Of a stretch of DNA of 64,000 nucleotides, positions 47,758-61,700 are shown in pieces. Source of the stretch: Thalia democratica (Eukaryota). The stretch covers positions 20,770,001 to 20,834,000 of the forward strand of contig OZ241834.1 of the NCBI GenBank assembly GCA_965202585.1, read 5' to 3'. The first letter of the stretch is position 1. Each line of letters begins with the position of its first letter. The notes beneath the pieces are model-generated. The model was not told the DNA's origin, searched no databases, and saw nothing but the letters and a program-made list of their open reading frames with translations. The translations under genes were made by a program, and so were the position numbers.

Positions 47758-47851
47758 AAAGTGCTCTATTGTTTTGTGACGTCACAATGATTAGCAGCAA
47801 GTTGTAGATAGCTGCATTAGAATAAATTGAGCTGTTCATCAATATTAAGGT
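47758..47851 (+). promoter_or_regulatory. Putative snRNA-type proximal promoter of U3 copy 2
   Basis: Same blocks and same -75 spacing of TGACGTCACAATG as 2549-2640. Confidence 0.6.
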
Positions 47852-48047
47852 AAGATCATACTTTTAGGGATCATTTCTAAAGTGTGTGTCTCACGAACGT
47901 TGTTAAACAATGACGGTCAACCTCTCACGATGATGAATTGTGGAGCGGTTCTCTGAGCAGGAAAATGACTTCAGCTGGCTGAATGTCGTAATGACTGTTC
48001 TGCTGTTGTCAAGGCAACAGTGGAGGGGAATCTCTCTTTCTGAGTGA
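47852..48047 (+). ncRNA. U3: U3 snoRNA gene, copy 2
   Basis: Box A'/A, C', B and D as in copy 1, with only a few substitutions or indels between copies. Confidence 0.88.
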
Positions 48048-50357
48048 TCAACAACAAGCCTTGAGGGGCTTTTTGCTCTAATAAGTTAATTTTGAGAATG
48101 GTGGCAGAATTATTTTTTTTAAATATAAAGGATACTTTACCGTTTTAAAATACCATCGAATTTTCTAGTTTCAGTATTAACTTAAATCTGTGAAAAATTA
48201 GCTTTTATGAATCATATTGAATATAAACAATTAATTTTGATTTGTTGCATTTAAAAAACAATTAATATTAGATGAGTGGTTGAAAACTTATTTCTCTACT
48301 ACTATTTTTAAAACCTTACATTTTATATTGTAGTTTGTATAAAGCTGCACATTTAAAAGTCTAATTCGTATGTATATTCTAAAAACACGTGGTTTTAAAA
48401 TACTTTTGTTCTAGTCATATTATAAACTTTGCCTTTATAATAACTTAATAATGAATATTTTTATAAAGATTATGAAATCTTAAGAGTCATTGATTTTTTA
48501 AATATTTTCTAAAGCACATTAAAATAGTTTAGAAGTTGTTGTATTTTGCCAGTCATTTCAAATAATTGAAATGACAAGTAGAGTCAGTAAAATATATTTA
48601 ATAAAATAAGTATTACAATTGAAAGTTATTCATAATACCAATTGGTTAAATTAAATTTTACTTACAACTATGGTATAAAAATTATAGTTAGGAGTGAATC
48701 AAAAGAAAGGTATCATCAACTATTAAGTTTATTAACACTGCTTTTTTTAAACGATGATAAATGTTTGAAAATTGTCTTACTAAAAAGGTTACTGTTACAA
48801 ATAGGCCTAAGAAACTAAACAATATTTGAAAATTTGTTTTAGACTCAAAAAACTTTTAAAAACTAACAATGGTATGAAAACACATAAATTTACTAAACGA
48901 TAAAAAAATGCTAAAAATATTTTATTGCACGGTTATCAATTTTTACAATATAAGCTAGTTTAAATCTCTTAGTAACCTTTTAATGGCTAACTTTAAAAAC
49001 TACAAGAATAATTTTAGCTATTATCTAAAAAGACATGATATACCTCATTTTTAATGTGTGTAACATGTTATTTATTGCAACTTTTTAAACGTTCATTAGC
49101 TCACTTAGCTAGTATCCATTTAAGTTATTAGTAGTTAGCAATATTAAACGTAAAAAATAGAAATTTATAACTTTACGATTTTTCTTACAAAATAATAGTA
49201 GAGCTACAAATAGAAATAAACAAAAAGAAAAAAAATTGCTTTATGTTTTAGTCATTAATACGATATACCACTCTTTAATGCAAAAAGATAGCTTGACACC
49301 AAATTAACTTGAGTCAGCCTGAGTAATATTACTATATTAGTAGTATAAATTGTACTAAAATAAAATTTATTTTTTTTAGTAAAATCTAAAATAAAAACAC
49401 TGAACAAATTCATTCTACTAATAAAAAACATAATACTTTGAAAAACTATACTTTTGAAGAAAATAACTAACAAAAGTCAAAAAAAAAACCATATTAATCT
49501 TTGTCCTTAAAAATTTTAACTATGATTTAAATTAAGTTTAATTAAAACTTCCAAGCTGTATACTGAGATAAAATACGCACTCTTAACTCATATACTAAAC
49601 TCTAAATAGCAAATAATCATTTTTCAATATTTTATTAATTAGCAAAGAAAAAATTACAACTTGTAAAAGTAGAAAGTACAACTAATGATGCTAAAAAACT
49701 TTATTTCTAACTCCGTGCTTAAACTTTATCTCTAACGTGCTTTTATTATGAAATTGAGAGAGGCAAAAATAGTTATACATATAAGTGGCAAATAAGTATT
49801 ACATAATTATTATCTAAATGGTACTTAAATAAATAGTAAGTTATTTAAATTTTAATACTGAATTCAATAAAACTGAAATTATATTTTAGTACTTTACTAT
49901 CACAAAAGAAATGACAATCTGTAATAGTTTCAAGGATAGGTGTCAGCATCGCTTATTGACACTTTTGAACGGTGTCACTCTAGCATGGTTGGACACTTTT
50001 GCACAGCGTTACTTTATACAAGGTTGCCAAATTTCCTCCAGGTATAAAATTACACGTTTAAGGGTCTATTTTTAGTTTAGAATTATGTTTAAGGTAAAAA
50101 ACTGTGTTCCGCAGTATAACAATATAGAAAAGATACTTTAGATGTGCTTCTAAAAAAAGTTCGATGACAAAAAAATGTTATCTATACAATAGATTTTAAT
50201 TTAAAATCGAAATTTTATTAATTATTATGTAAAATTAGTTTAAAAGGTTTTAATGTGATTTTGTTCAAAATTCCATATTTTTTTAAAATTGCAGGTTTTT
50301 TATTAATCCTGTCTATATAATAACTGTAATTTAAGTCTTATTTAAATTAGTTAAATT

Positions 50358-52051
50358 TAGTGATGTACCGGACCCACATTATCGGGTCCGGCCGGACCCG
50401 GATCCGGACTTTTTTTTCAAGTTAGAATCCGGCCGGAACCGGACCCGGACTTTTTTTTTCAAATTAGAATCCGGCCGGAACCGGATCCGGATTTTTTTTT
50501 CAAATTAGAATCCGGCCAGATCCGGATATCAGACAAAAATGGCAATATCCGGCCGGACCCGGATAGTGAGTCCGCTACATCACTAGTATAAACTAGCCTG
50601 AGTCAGAATGAGGTTTTTAAAAACTGAAAAAAAAGAACTTTAATCTAATAATAAGTAAAACAGCTAGCCACAAGGTTTACAAATTTAGGTGTTATTTACA
50701 ATTAAAAATCTGAAATCAAGTTCTTGAATAAAATATACTAGAAAATTACCAAATATTGAAAACTGGATCAGCTCAAACTCATTCAAAATTCAAAAGAAAA
50801 CTAGCCTGAGTTTTTATAAAAACTAAACTAGCCTGAAGCATCCAAGATTTTCTAAAGTTCCAAAAAATTTTGAAACTAGCAGGGTTGCCACTGTTTAAGT
50901 CAATAAAACTAGCTAGAGTGAGTATAAACAAGCCTGAGTCAGAATGAGGTTTTTAAAAACTGAAAAAAGTACTTTAATCTAATAATCAGTAGGACAGCTA
51001 GCAAAGGTTGACAATTTGGTAGTAAAGTTGTGGACTGATTGTGGTACACTTAACTTATTAGTACTACCCATCGTAATTAAATCCTACCTTATTTAATTAA
51101 TATCTAACAAATACTAAATTCTAACTGAGACTACTTTCTATAATCAGACACGACAATTTCGAGTGATGAATCTTTTATACAAAACACAACAAGAAATACT
51201 AGCATATACAAAATTATTAATTACTTTGGTAACACTTTAAAAACTGGAAGCTATTTAAATCTATATAAAAGGACTTAAAACAATAAACTAAACATTAAAT
51301 AAAACTTTTAGTAAAGAAGAAACTGTAAAATGTTTAATAAACTATTAAACACTAAACCTGGCTTAAATATGTAAAAACAATTAAACACCAGTTGAAATAT
51401 TCACTTTTAAAACAAAACACTACTTACAATAAGCATTAACAAAAAAGTTCAAGATATTTTGTTGCTTCAAGCTGCACACCAAACTAACTAACTGCTTACA
51501 TATAAACTGCCTGTCATGTTCTGATGTTTTGTTGCATCAGTATTTAGTTTGAAACATTTCGTCATATGATTCTCATTGGTTCGTACATTCAACCGTATTT
51601 ACTCGAAATATTCTATGAGCTCAACTTTAAACAATAAATAATGCAAGTATTCATTCCAAAGTTTTCAATTTTACAACATATGTAAAGAGTTGCATTTCTG
51701 AAATGTTTATTTCATAGTTTAAATGTAAACAAATGTAAATTAGTCACGTGTACAAAATGAGCCAATCACGGTAGGTGTTTAATTGACGAAAATGACTCTT
51801 ATTAAATTACACAGGGTTTGTTTTTGAAAAAATACCTTTCAGTATGCTTTTTTTTACTAACTAGATCCGGGTCCGGCCGGACCCGGACTTTTTTTTCAAA
51901 TTAGAATCCGGCCGGAACCGGACTTTTTTTTCAAATTAGAATCCGGCCGGAACCGGACTTTTTTTTCAAATTAGAGTCCGGCCGGATCCGGATATCAGAC
52001 AAAAATGGCAATATCCGGCCGGACCCGGATAGTGAGTCCGGTACATCACTA
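50358..52051. mobile_element. Composite hAT-like MITE: element 50358-50585, ~1.27 kb insert, duplicated 3' part 51862-52051
   Basis: TIRs TAGTGATGTACCGGAC / GTCCGGTACATCACTA; internal ~35-40 bp tandem units CCGGAC-T(n)-CAAATTAGAATCCGGCCGGAA; the outer flanks GTTAAATT (50350-50357) and GTTAAAAT (52052-52059) match 7/8. Confidence 0.7.
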
Positions 52052-52780
52052 GTTAAAATAAAACTGTATATAGCATTATTCGCTGACAATAAATGTTACA
52101 TGTTGTTAGGTTATGTTACAAGATATCTTAGTTGTATTTTTAAAATTAACTTATTTTTTTATTTTTTTAAACTTATTTTTATCCTTAAAGTAGAAATTTT
52201 TAGGTTTAATTTTAATTAAGTTGTAGTACATATTAAACACAAAGTTTAAATTTAAGCTTAAACTCATTTAAAGCTTGCTTACTTTTACCATTCTGTATAG
52301 TTCGTTTTTAATTCTTATACCAGTATAGTAATGTTTTAAAATGAATAATACAAAATTAAGCCGTGCAAAAATTACGCCGAGCTTAAAACGTATCCGTTTG
52401 TACTATAAAGCCACTATGTGTTTTTCTAAACCGTTTCGCAGTTATCCTTTTAATTATGTTACGATGTCATTATTTAGTCTTTCACAACCTAATTATTTTT
52501 TAATTTATTGACTACAATAATGAAGAACATATCAAAGAAAAAAAACAAATATTTCTGTACAGTACTATCAACAATTCATTTAAAACATTTTATTTCACAA
52601 TAAGTAATAAAAAAAAATTAAAAATTTTGCTAAAAGCTAAAACTTGTTTTATGCACAAGTCAATAACCGTAGTTCAGGCTTACTATCAAAAAATTTCATC
52701 TATTCACGCCTAGAATGAAGTTTTATGAAAAACACTTAAAAGTAAGATATTTTATCTGTATATATAAATAGTATTTGATG

Positions 52781-55700
52781 TTACTGCTGCATGCCCGGCG
52801 ACCTGACATCGTTGATTTTGAGGATCATCCTGACGAGCTGGGTGGCCAGCGAAATCTGCTGCTTCTTTCCCATCAGCGTCTCGATCACATGCTGCACTTT
52901 CATGTCTGTTTATACAAACAGTATTTCAGTGTTTATTTATCAAGATATTTAAAACGAGTAACACAATTACAAATATTTTTGTACCTATTAATTTTATGAA
53001 ATTTATACGCATACTAATTTTTTTTGAACTTGTGTCTAAAAACTTGACACAACCTTTTTTTCAAATTTGTAAAAATTTGCACATAATAATTTAAACGCAA
53101 CTAAACAAACAGTATTTCTTCATATCAACTCGTAAAAATATATCAAGTTGAAATGAATTTATAGAAATACTCAAGTCTAGAGAAAATATTCTTTCAAACT
53201 CGACAAATACTTCTGCACATAAGAACTTTAGATCAACTTATACTCATATGTACATATGTTTAAATATTTCAACAACAAACCTTAAGGTTAGTTTTTTTTT
53301 TTCTCATAAGATATTTTTGTTCAAAATAATTTTATGCAATTTGTACGCAAAGTACATATAGTTTTAATGTTTCAATTTTTTTTTATATTTCAACAAACCC
53401 GGTTGGTTGGTTTGGAAGCAGTCGACTCCCAAGTGGGAGTTCCCCTCGTTGACCTGCATGCTGCGGACGCTGGTGAGGGTGTCGATGGGCGACAGTCCGC
53501 TGTTTTCGGCGAGCGCGAGTGGCACCGTCTCCAGAGCTTGCGCGAACGACCTCATCGCGTACTGCTCCATCGATGGACACTGCGGAAGTATATGTATTTT
53601 AGAGGACGTTAAGGTTGCATATTTTAAGGTTTTTATTTGTAATTTTCAAATTGAAAACTGAAAAATAAAATTAGCCGGTTTTGAAACAAAATTTGAACAT
53701 TAAGTCTTAAAAGCTCCAATGATGGACACTTGAACTGTTAAATATGAACTAAATTATGATGATTTTAGATGATCTATTTCAAAAATTTTAATATTTAAAA
53801 AACTAAAAGCTTAAGCTTTTTTTTATCTACTTCAACATAACTTAAACTTTTTAGTTAAATATCTTAAACACTTAAAATACTGGGTATAATTAGTCCACTC
53901 TTACATAATACTTCTAGTAAACACTTGTGGAATACAAAGACAATAGTCAACTAATGTGTGTAGAAATTATATCGGTAAATGTAAACAATACTAAGAGATT
54001 GTTTAAAATGAGACTGATATTTATACAAAAACAATTTACTTCAAGATATAGATTGCAATTATCTTAAGTAAACAGTAACAATTTATAACAAAAAACAGCT
54101 TCAATAGTAATTATTATACGAACCTGATCAGCGGCTTCACTGACGGCGATCGAGCATGCAATCTCGCAAGCTCCGCCCCCGTACACGATCCTGTTGTCTC
54201 TCACCAAATTTCTCACAACACACAACGCGTCGTGGATCGACCTCTCAGCTTCCCCACAAATCTGCATTTCGGTTATTAGGTTGTTGTGAAAATTGAGTAG
54301 AAACTTATTATCTCGTTTGATGTTTTGAATATTGATTTCAAAAATATGACAGATGAAAGAGTTTTTAGCAAGGAATTCTTGATAAAAAATTTTCATATAA
54401 ATTTATTTGACTTTGTTTTGATATATTTTTGACTCTTAAATAGTTTCATCAATTTTCACATTAATAAGATACTGTTTTTTGTTAGTATCATACTCTAAAT
54501 CTTAATAGTAAAATTCGCAGTTTCATATTTCTTTTTCTAGAATATAAAACAGATAATACTTAATATATGAATATTAAACAAGTTAATCTACTAACTTGCA
54601 AAAGCTAGTTTCATATGTAATGTTGCTGTATTTACTATATAAACAGTATAAGTTAGTAAGTTTTATGTTATAATCGTAACTTTTTCATTATAATTGAAAA
54701 TGAAACTAAACCAACTAAATGAATTTAGCCTTATTTGTAAGATTATGTAGCCTAAAATCCTAGAAATATTGTAGGAAAAAACATCACTAAAATTATAAGT
54801 AAACTAAAATTTTTACTTTTCAAATATTTTAAATTAAGTAATAAAAATAGTCTTATTTCAAAAACAGTCTTTGACTTCTACCTTGAAAGTTAATAAAATT
54901 TTTTTTTATAAATCATACAATGTACCATTTTATTTTACGATTTAATGAAGCTTTTATACTTTCAAAAAGCCTCTTTTAAAATTGATAGAAGTAACCTTAG
55001 GTATTTTTCTAATTCAACCAAGTTAGAAATTTACATTATTTTCATTACTTAAACCACGTTTCAACAACAACAACCACACACACCATTTTGTTTCCGCCGC
55101 GCAGGAAGATGGTGACGGCCTTGCTGTTCTGGCAACCCTCGATGACGAGCATGTGCTCCTTGGTGGTGCCGAAGCTCAGCTCCCTCACCTTCCCCGCGCT
55201 TCCCAGCTTCTCCGGCGTCAGCTCGCTGAACCTCGGCACGATCCGACCGCCGGTGGCGATTGCAATCAACTGGCGAGAAAAAAATATTTATTGATTGTAA
55301 TAACAGGATGTTGGGTCTACTTGAGTTATTTGGAGTATTGTTTATAATAAAATAAAAGTGGTAAAATAAATTTGGTCGTATTTGAAAGTTAATTACTTGT
55401 ATTAAAAAAATGAAACCCTGATGGAGGGCAGTGAAATATATTGGCTTTGAAAAATAAAAGAGTTGCGCCTGGTCCCAAGTTGTTTATGTTAAAAATACAT
55501 TTCATCTGAATCATAACTGTTTGTTATCAGTATTGACAGTTTTTTTTAGTGACAGTTAATAACATAGATAAATTACAGTGTAAAACTTTTTTTTTCGTGT
55601 TTTACCACTTTTTGGATAACAACTTGACACCAAAAGTAATTGTAAACACCAAAGTATTGTTAACAATAAATAAAAGTTTAACTTTTAGGAAAAAACTAGA

Positions 55701-58700
55701 TTTATTGAACTTTAAACTTACTAAATACAAAATCGTAAAATTTAAAGAGTTTACTTAACTTTAAAAGAAATTACAGTTACATACTAAATTATACAATATA
55801 AAGACAACTTTACATAAATCATAATTAAGAAAATTTACCTTTTTAAACAAAGGGAATTTACCATAAGGTTAAAAATCTCTGGACTACACAATTAAACTTT
55901 CTTAAATACTTTAATATATTCATACAAATATCAAACCTCGATTTCGGGACCTCCCACCCATCTGACGGCGGGAAGCTCGTTTTGAAGGAGCAAATGGTTG
56001 GCTTCGTCGTCGAATCCCCACTGGCAGATTGCCAAGTTTGCACCGCTGTCTTTCACCTGCAAAAATGTTTACTAGTATTGCAATGTGAATTTTTACAATA
56101 GAATCTGGATAATTGGTAAAGATTACGGGTAACAACCAATATTTTATTTTTTTTATTTAATAGACTACTAAATAATGTTCTAGCTGAAACTGTTTCTAAT
56201 TTCTTTTTAATTATTTACATATTATTTATATATACTTAAATTCACATACACTCATTTTATGTAGTTATTTTATGTTATAAATTGATATTAATGATTTAGA
56301 TTATGATATACATTTGTCAGTAATGTTTACTTAAGTAATAAAAAAATTAAGCTATATATTTATAGCTGTTTGAAATTGTTTAAGTAGTGAAACGAATAAT
56401 ACTTTAATTGGACAAGAAGCTTAAATAAATTTGTTTGTGAAACAAAAAAAAATTTAATTACCTACTTGTATGCTATATAAAAATTTTTTTAATTATTTAA
56501 TTATTTAAGATCAGTCATTAAGAAGATCTAAATTTTAATAACTAAAAATTAAGACTGTAAATAAATAAAATAATTATCTTTACAGTTCTTATAATTGATA
56601 ATGTAAACAAAACATTAAATAAATATCCGTGCCATTCAAAACTCACTTATGATTAAACGACTAAGAGATAATCTTATTTATATTCAATGTCTTAAGAACA
56701 AATTCAAGTAAAATTTTAGAGCTATTTTATAACTTATATTAGTTTTTAATTCAAATAAATATTGTGCTCAATTTAGAAATAGGCCACTATAGTAAGACTC
56801 GAATAATTTTAAAAGATTGAACTATAAAATAAGTCACGTGTAACAAAAATTTATTTTACAAAATTGATGATAACTGACTTGTTGGATCATTTGAAGGAAC
56901 TTTTCTTTTTCATAAGCCTGAAGTTTCTTGTAGTCTTCAACGCAGGTAACATCCAACTTATGCTTGGTTTTTGGCTTTGGTGGTTCAAAGGGGCAGGTAA
57001 GAATTGCAATTTTCGCGTTGTCAATAGACTGTTATTGGTAAATAGCAGACAATGTTATTATTTTCTTAAGGTCTAATCTATATTAAACTAAAATTATGTA
57101 TACTTATATATACATTTAAAAACACCATGAGGAAAAACTTATAAATCAAATTAAAAAATTAACAGTGTAAAATACCTTTGGTCGATAAAACTGTATAAAA
57201 ATTTAAATTAGATCGAGAAAAAATATTTCAGCTGAAATATCAAGCATTAATAAGTATACTAAAAACGAAAACATATTTTTTTAGATTTATTTAGATACAA
57301 GATTAAACAAAACTAATTTACTGGGTACACTTACTGTTATAGATATTCAGCTTTTTAAGTCAGTTACTAATCTTTTTTATACTAATTGCCTAATATATAA
57401 AACATAATGTTTTCAGCTCTACCTTTGTTGGTTTTACAACAAATTTATAAAAAAAAACAAGCTTAATTGACAATCACAAACCTTTGGCATCTGAGGGTGG
57501 CTCATGTCCTTGTCGATGAGAACTCCCTTGATGAGCTCTGAATCGGCCAGCTTGCCTCCGGTCTTCGTTTCGATTTTGATCAGCTCGAAGTCGACGTCCT
57601 TCCTCTCGAAGTCGGCCACGCTCATCACCGCTCCCACCGCCATCTCCGCGAACTGACGGTGGCACTTGTTCACGCTGGAACGTTGTTTGTAATGTAAACA
57701 AACGCGAGTGGTGTGTTGGTATAGAGAAAAAATACCAGCTAATGTTTAATACAAAAGTTTAAATGGCATTCATTGTATACAAAAAAAAATCAACTGTGAA
57801 AATTTTGCCATATATGAAGAAAAAAAAAGGCAGTGTCTAAAAACTAAGCTGACCTAATAAATGTTTATTTATTTATAATTATAATTACTCATAAATTAGG
57901 AGGACCAATAAATAAAACCTCAATTTACTTTTAACAAGTGTTTCCTCAATTTTGCTTGAAATTAACTACTTTAAGGACTTTTTTGTTGCTAAGACAAAAG
58001 GTATCTTATCTTTAGATGATACATTTATTTATAAAAAAGTTATTTAAGCCACTAAATTTACAGCTTAAAATAAAAGTTATTCAAGAAAAATAATAGTTCA
58101 ACCTTGATTCGGTGAAAAAAAAAAACGGTTACATGACAATTCAAATTCGGACAACTCAAATTCCGACAATTCAAATTCTCAAAAAAATATTTAAAATACT
58201 ATATCTTAAAAAGTAAACTATATTTGATAAAAATAAAAATTATCTATGTTGATCTTATTAAAATCAACAAGCCACTTTTTCTTTTTTACTAAATTTCAAA
58301 CATTTTTTAAGATATTTTAAATATACTAAAAATAACTATGTATTTTATTCTATTTAAGCCATATCTCAAAAAATATTTAATGTTTTGCAAAAAGAAAAAA
58401 ACTACTTGTAGATATTAAACGAACCTGCATATATATTTTTTATGTTTAACAAATATACATTACTTTTTTTATTTTGGTCTTTTCAACATTTTTTTAAGAA
58501 TTCGAATTGTCGGAATTTGAGTTGTCCGAATTTGAATAGTCGTGCACCCAAAAAAAACCACAAGTTTAAAGTTAAGACAAAAAAGAATATTTAAAACAAG
58601 TGTTTCCTCAAACAGTTTTTCAATCATTTGGTTAAAATTTTTCAATTAGTACTTAATAATTTTAACCAAATGATTGAAAAACTGTTTGAGGAAAAACTTG

Positions 58701-61700
58701 TTTTTTTTTTTTTTAATTTTAAAATAAATCAAGGGTAAGAAATAGTCTAGTGTTAATGTTGTTTTATAACTTGCATTTCGATGCTTTTTTTTCTTAGTTC
58801 TGTATAAAACACATATGAAGTTTCAACATAACTAAGACTTAATATTTTAAGTTGCTAAAAAAGATTAACTTACACTTGGATATAGGTAATTTAAAATGTA
58901 TCAAGGAATTTATTTAAAACCAGTTTCATTATGAACAAGTCATTTAACCTAGCAAATATATTGAGCTAAAATTAGATGTTAAAACAACAACAAATCTTTT
59001 TAAAAGACCAGTAACGAACAAAAAGTAACACATTTAAAATCAGTGACTCTTAGAATGATACAATACATTGAATTTTTTTTTCAAAAGCATTATTATTAAT
59101 AAAGAGAAATATATTTTTGAGAACAACATTTTTAGTTAGATATAATTTATAACAACTTGATTTAATTATCTCAAATTGTAACTCAATTATTGTCTAATAT
59201 CAATTAACACATACATGTTATATTTCAGAGAATGAAAATTCCATTGTGTCTTACACAATCAATTACTAATCTCCCTTCTTTAAATTCTAGTTTTATTATA
59301 GATTTAGTCTTAGTTTTAATTTTGATAAGGTAAGTTTCTAAATTTATTAAGAAATAATACTATAATACTAAATTATAATTTAAATTACAATATAACTTAT
59401 ATATGACTTATGTATTTTATTACTTGAAGAATATTAAAAAAAAAAACACTTTTAAGCTATTTTCCAAAAACTTTAATTTTATGATTTTGTTCCTTTGATT
59501 TAAAAACTACATGATTTCTAGTAGGTTAAACTCACATTTTGCTTCCGAGCGTGGTCATGGCAACCTGAATGAGGTTTTCCGGGTCGTTGGGGTTCACGTC
59601 GAACTTCTCGCTGATTTCTTCCAACCTCTTGATGGCGATTTTCAACCCGGCCTCGTAGCCGTCGATGATTCTGATTGGGTGGATTCCTTTGTCGATGAGC
59701 TCCTCAGCTTGCTCCAAAAGCGCACCGGCAAATACTGCGAATGCGAATATGTTGCGTGTTAATGTATATGATTATGACATAAAACAACGTTTTAAAAATA
59801 AGTACTGATGAATGCATCAACATTTATTTCTTTAAAATAATTTTAAGTTTTCATGCTATTAGAAAGACTTTTTTATAAAAATCAACAAAAACAAAAATCA
59901 AATTTCAATGCACTTAGAAAGTACTTGATAAATAATTTACTACAAGTAAAAAAATATTATAAAAATCAAAATATATCTTAAATTAAAAATTATTTCTTCT
60001 ACAAATTTTAGTTTACATTTCTATAAAAAAAATTCAATTTAGCACACTCTTTATTTTTTGATCGAAATTTGTATATACTTAATTAATCAATCACAATTTT
60101 TAAATAAGTCAAAAGAAAATTAAGTTTAAGTGAGTGTAAATTATACCCGATGTAAAATAAAAACTTCAATAAAATTTGCAATTTAAAACTATAAGTTTTA
60201 CATATCAAATATCTAAAATAAATAATAGGTTAGCAATAAATATAAAAAAATATTAGCTTTTATCAAACATTGATAAAATGTTAGTTTACTAAATCTTCAT
60301 CTTATTTGAAATCGCCAACAAAGAACCATGCATTCATTTAAAACTCTATACTTTTGCATATTCAATATAGGAATTATAAGTTACTGTAGCAAACAAAAGT
60401 AAGGTTATAATTGTGTACAAAACAAATAAAGGTCAATGAATTAAATTTATTTTATAATTTATATTTAAGTTTTTTTTTTTAGATTTATGCTCAATTAAAT
60501 AATTAAAACAATAGCAAACAGGTACACATTAACATGACTTAAAGAGACTTATTATACTTTTTTTTTTAATTAAAAGTTTAATATTTAAAAAGTTAGCATT
60601 GAGAGCAACCTAACAATTTATGCTAAGTATAATAAATTTAAGTTTTTGATTGGGTAAATCATAGGTTTACATTAAATTTTTGAGCACCTTATTGTTGTTG
60701 TTCAATAAACAATGAATCATCAGATAATTGTTACACTTATATATAAAAGATTTAGGTATTTATAATTTGATAAGTAATATTAGTAATTATATGTTTAGTA
60801 AGTTAATTATTTAATATCAAACACATATCTTGGTCTGAATAACAACATTTAATAGTTTTTTTTCAGATGTATATCATTAACAGCAAGAAACTTATTTTTT
60901 GATATTTTTACTAATTGGTCAACTTTAAAAATTAATTTAGTTTTATTGATAAAAAGATTACCATCAAGTTGTTGCTACAACTTTTAACATAAATTTGAGA
61001 TGTTTTAAGATTGGATATTATTACTACTCATACCACCAACCTACAACACCAGTAGTTCCATCACCAATTTCGTCATCCTGAGACTTGGAAAGCTCGACCA
61101 TGAGCTTAGCAATCTGATGGCTGACGTCCATCTTGTCCAGAATGGTGGCTCCGTCATTTGTGATGGTCACATCACCATCTGGTGACACCATCATCTTGTC
61201 CAAACCTGTTAAGTGGAAATTTATGTTTTTTAAAGCTTCTTGTAGGTTAATAAAATTTAACACTCAAGTTTTGAAGATGAAGGCAATTTTAAGTTCACTG
61301 GTTGATTTTTGAACGACCATAAGTTATAAAACACCAATATTGATAAATCAGCTGCTTTTCTTAAAAACTTAATTTTCTTTAAGTTTAAGAAGATAATATA
61401 AGGATTAAAACATAGTTTGTCAAACCTCAATAACTTAAAATAAACTTTTTTTAAATTTAAACATGTCAATGATTTAATTATTTTGTTAGCTTTTTGTCCA
61501 AAACAACTTATTTTATTTAGTTGTTTTATAGTTATGAACTAAGAATTTACAAAAACAAAACTAATTTAAATAACTTAATTGACAAAGATATTAAGTTTAA
61601 GATACATACATTAAGTTAGTAAAGGGCATAGAGGGGGTAAAACACTTTTTTCACGAATTGATCTTATTTTATATAGTTGTTACTAAGCTTCAAGATGCTT

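Noticed and set aside
50385-50530. GC-rich ~35-40 bp tandem units resembling a CRISPR array
   Set aside because: No unique spacers, enclosed by TIRs, eukaryotic context: MITE subterminal repeats.
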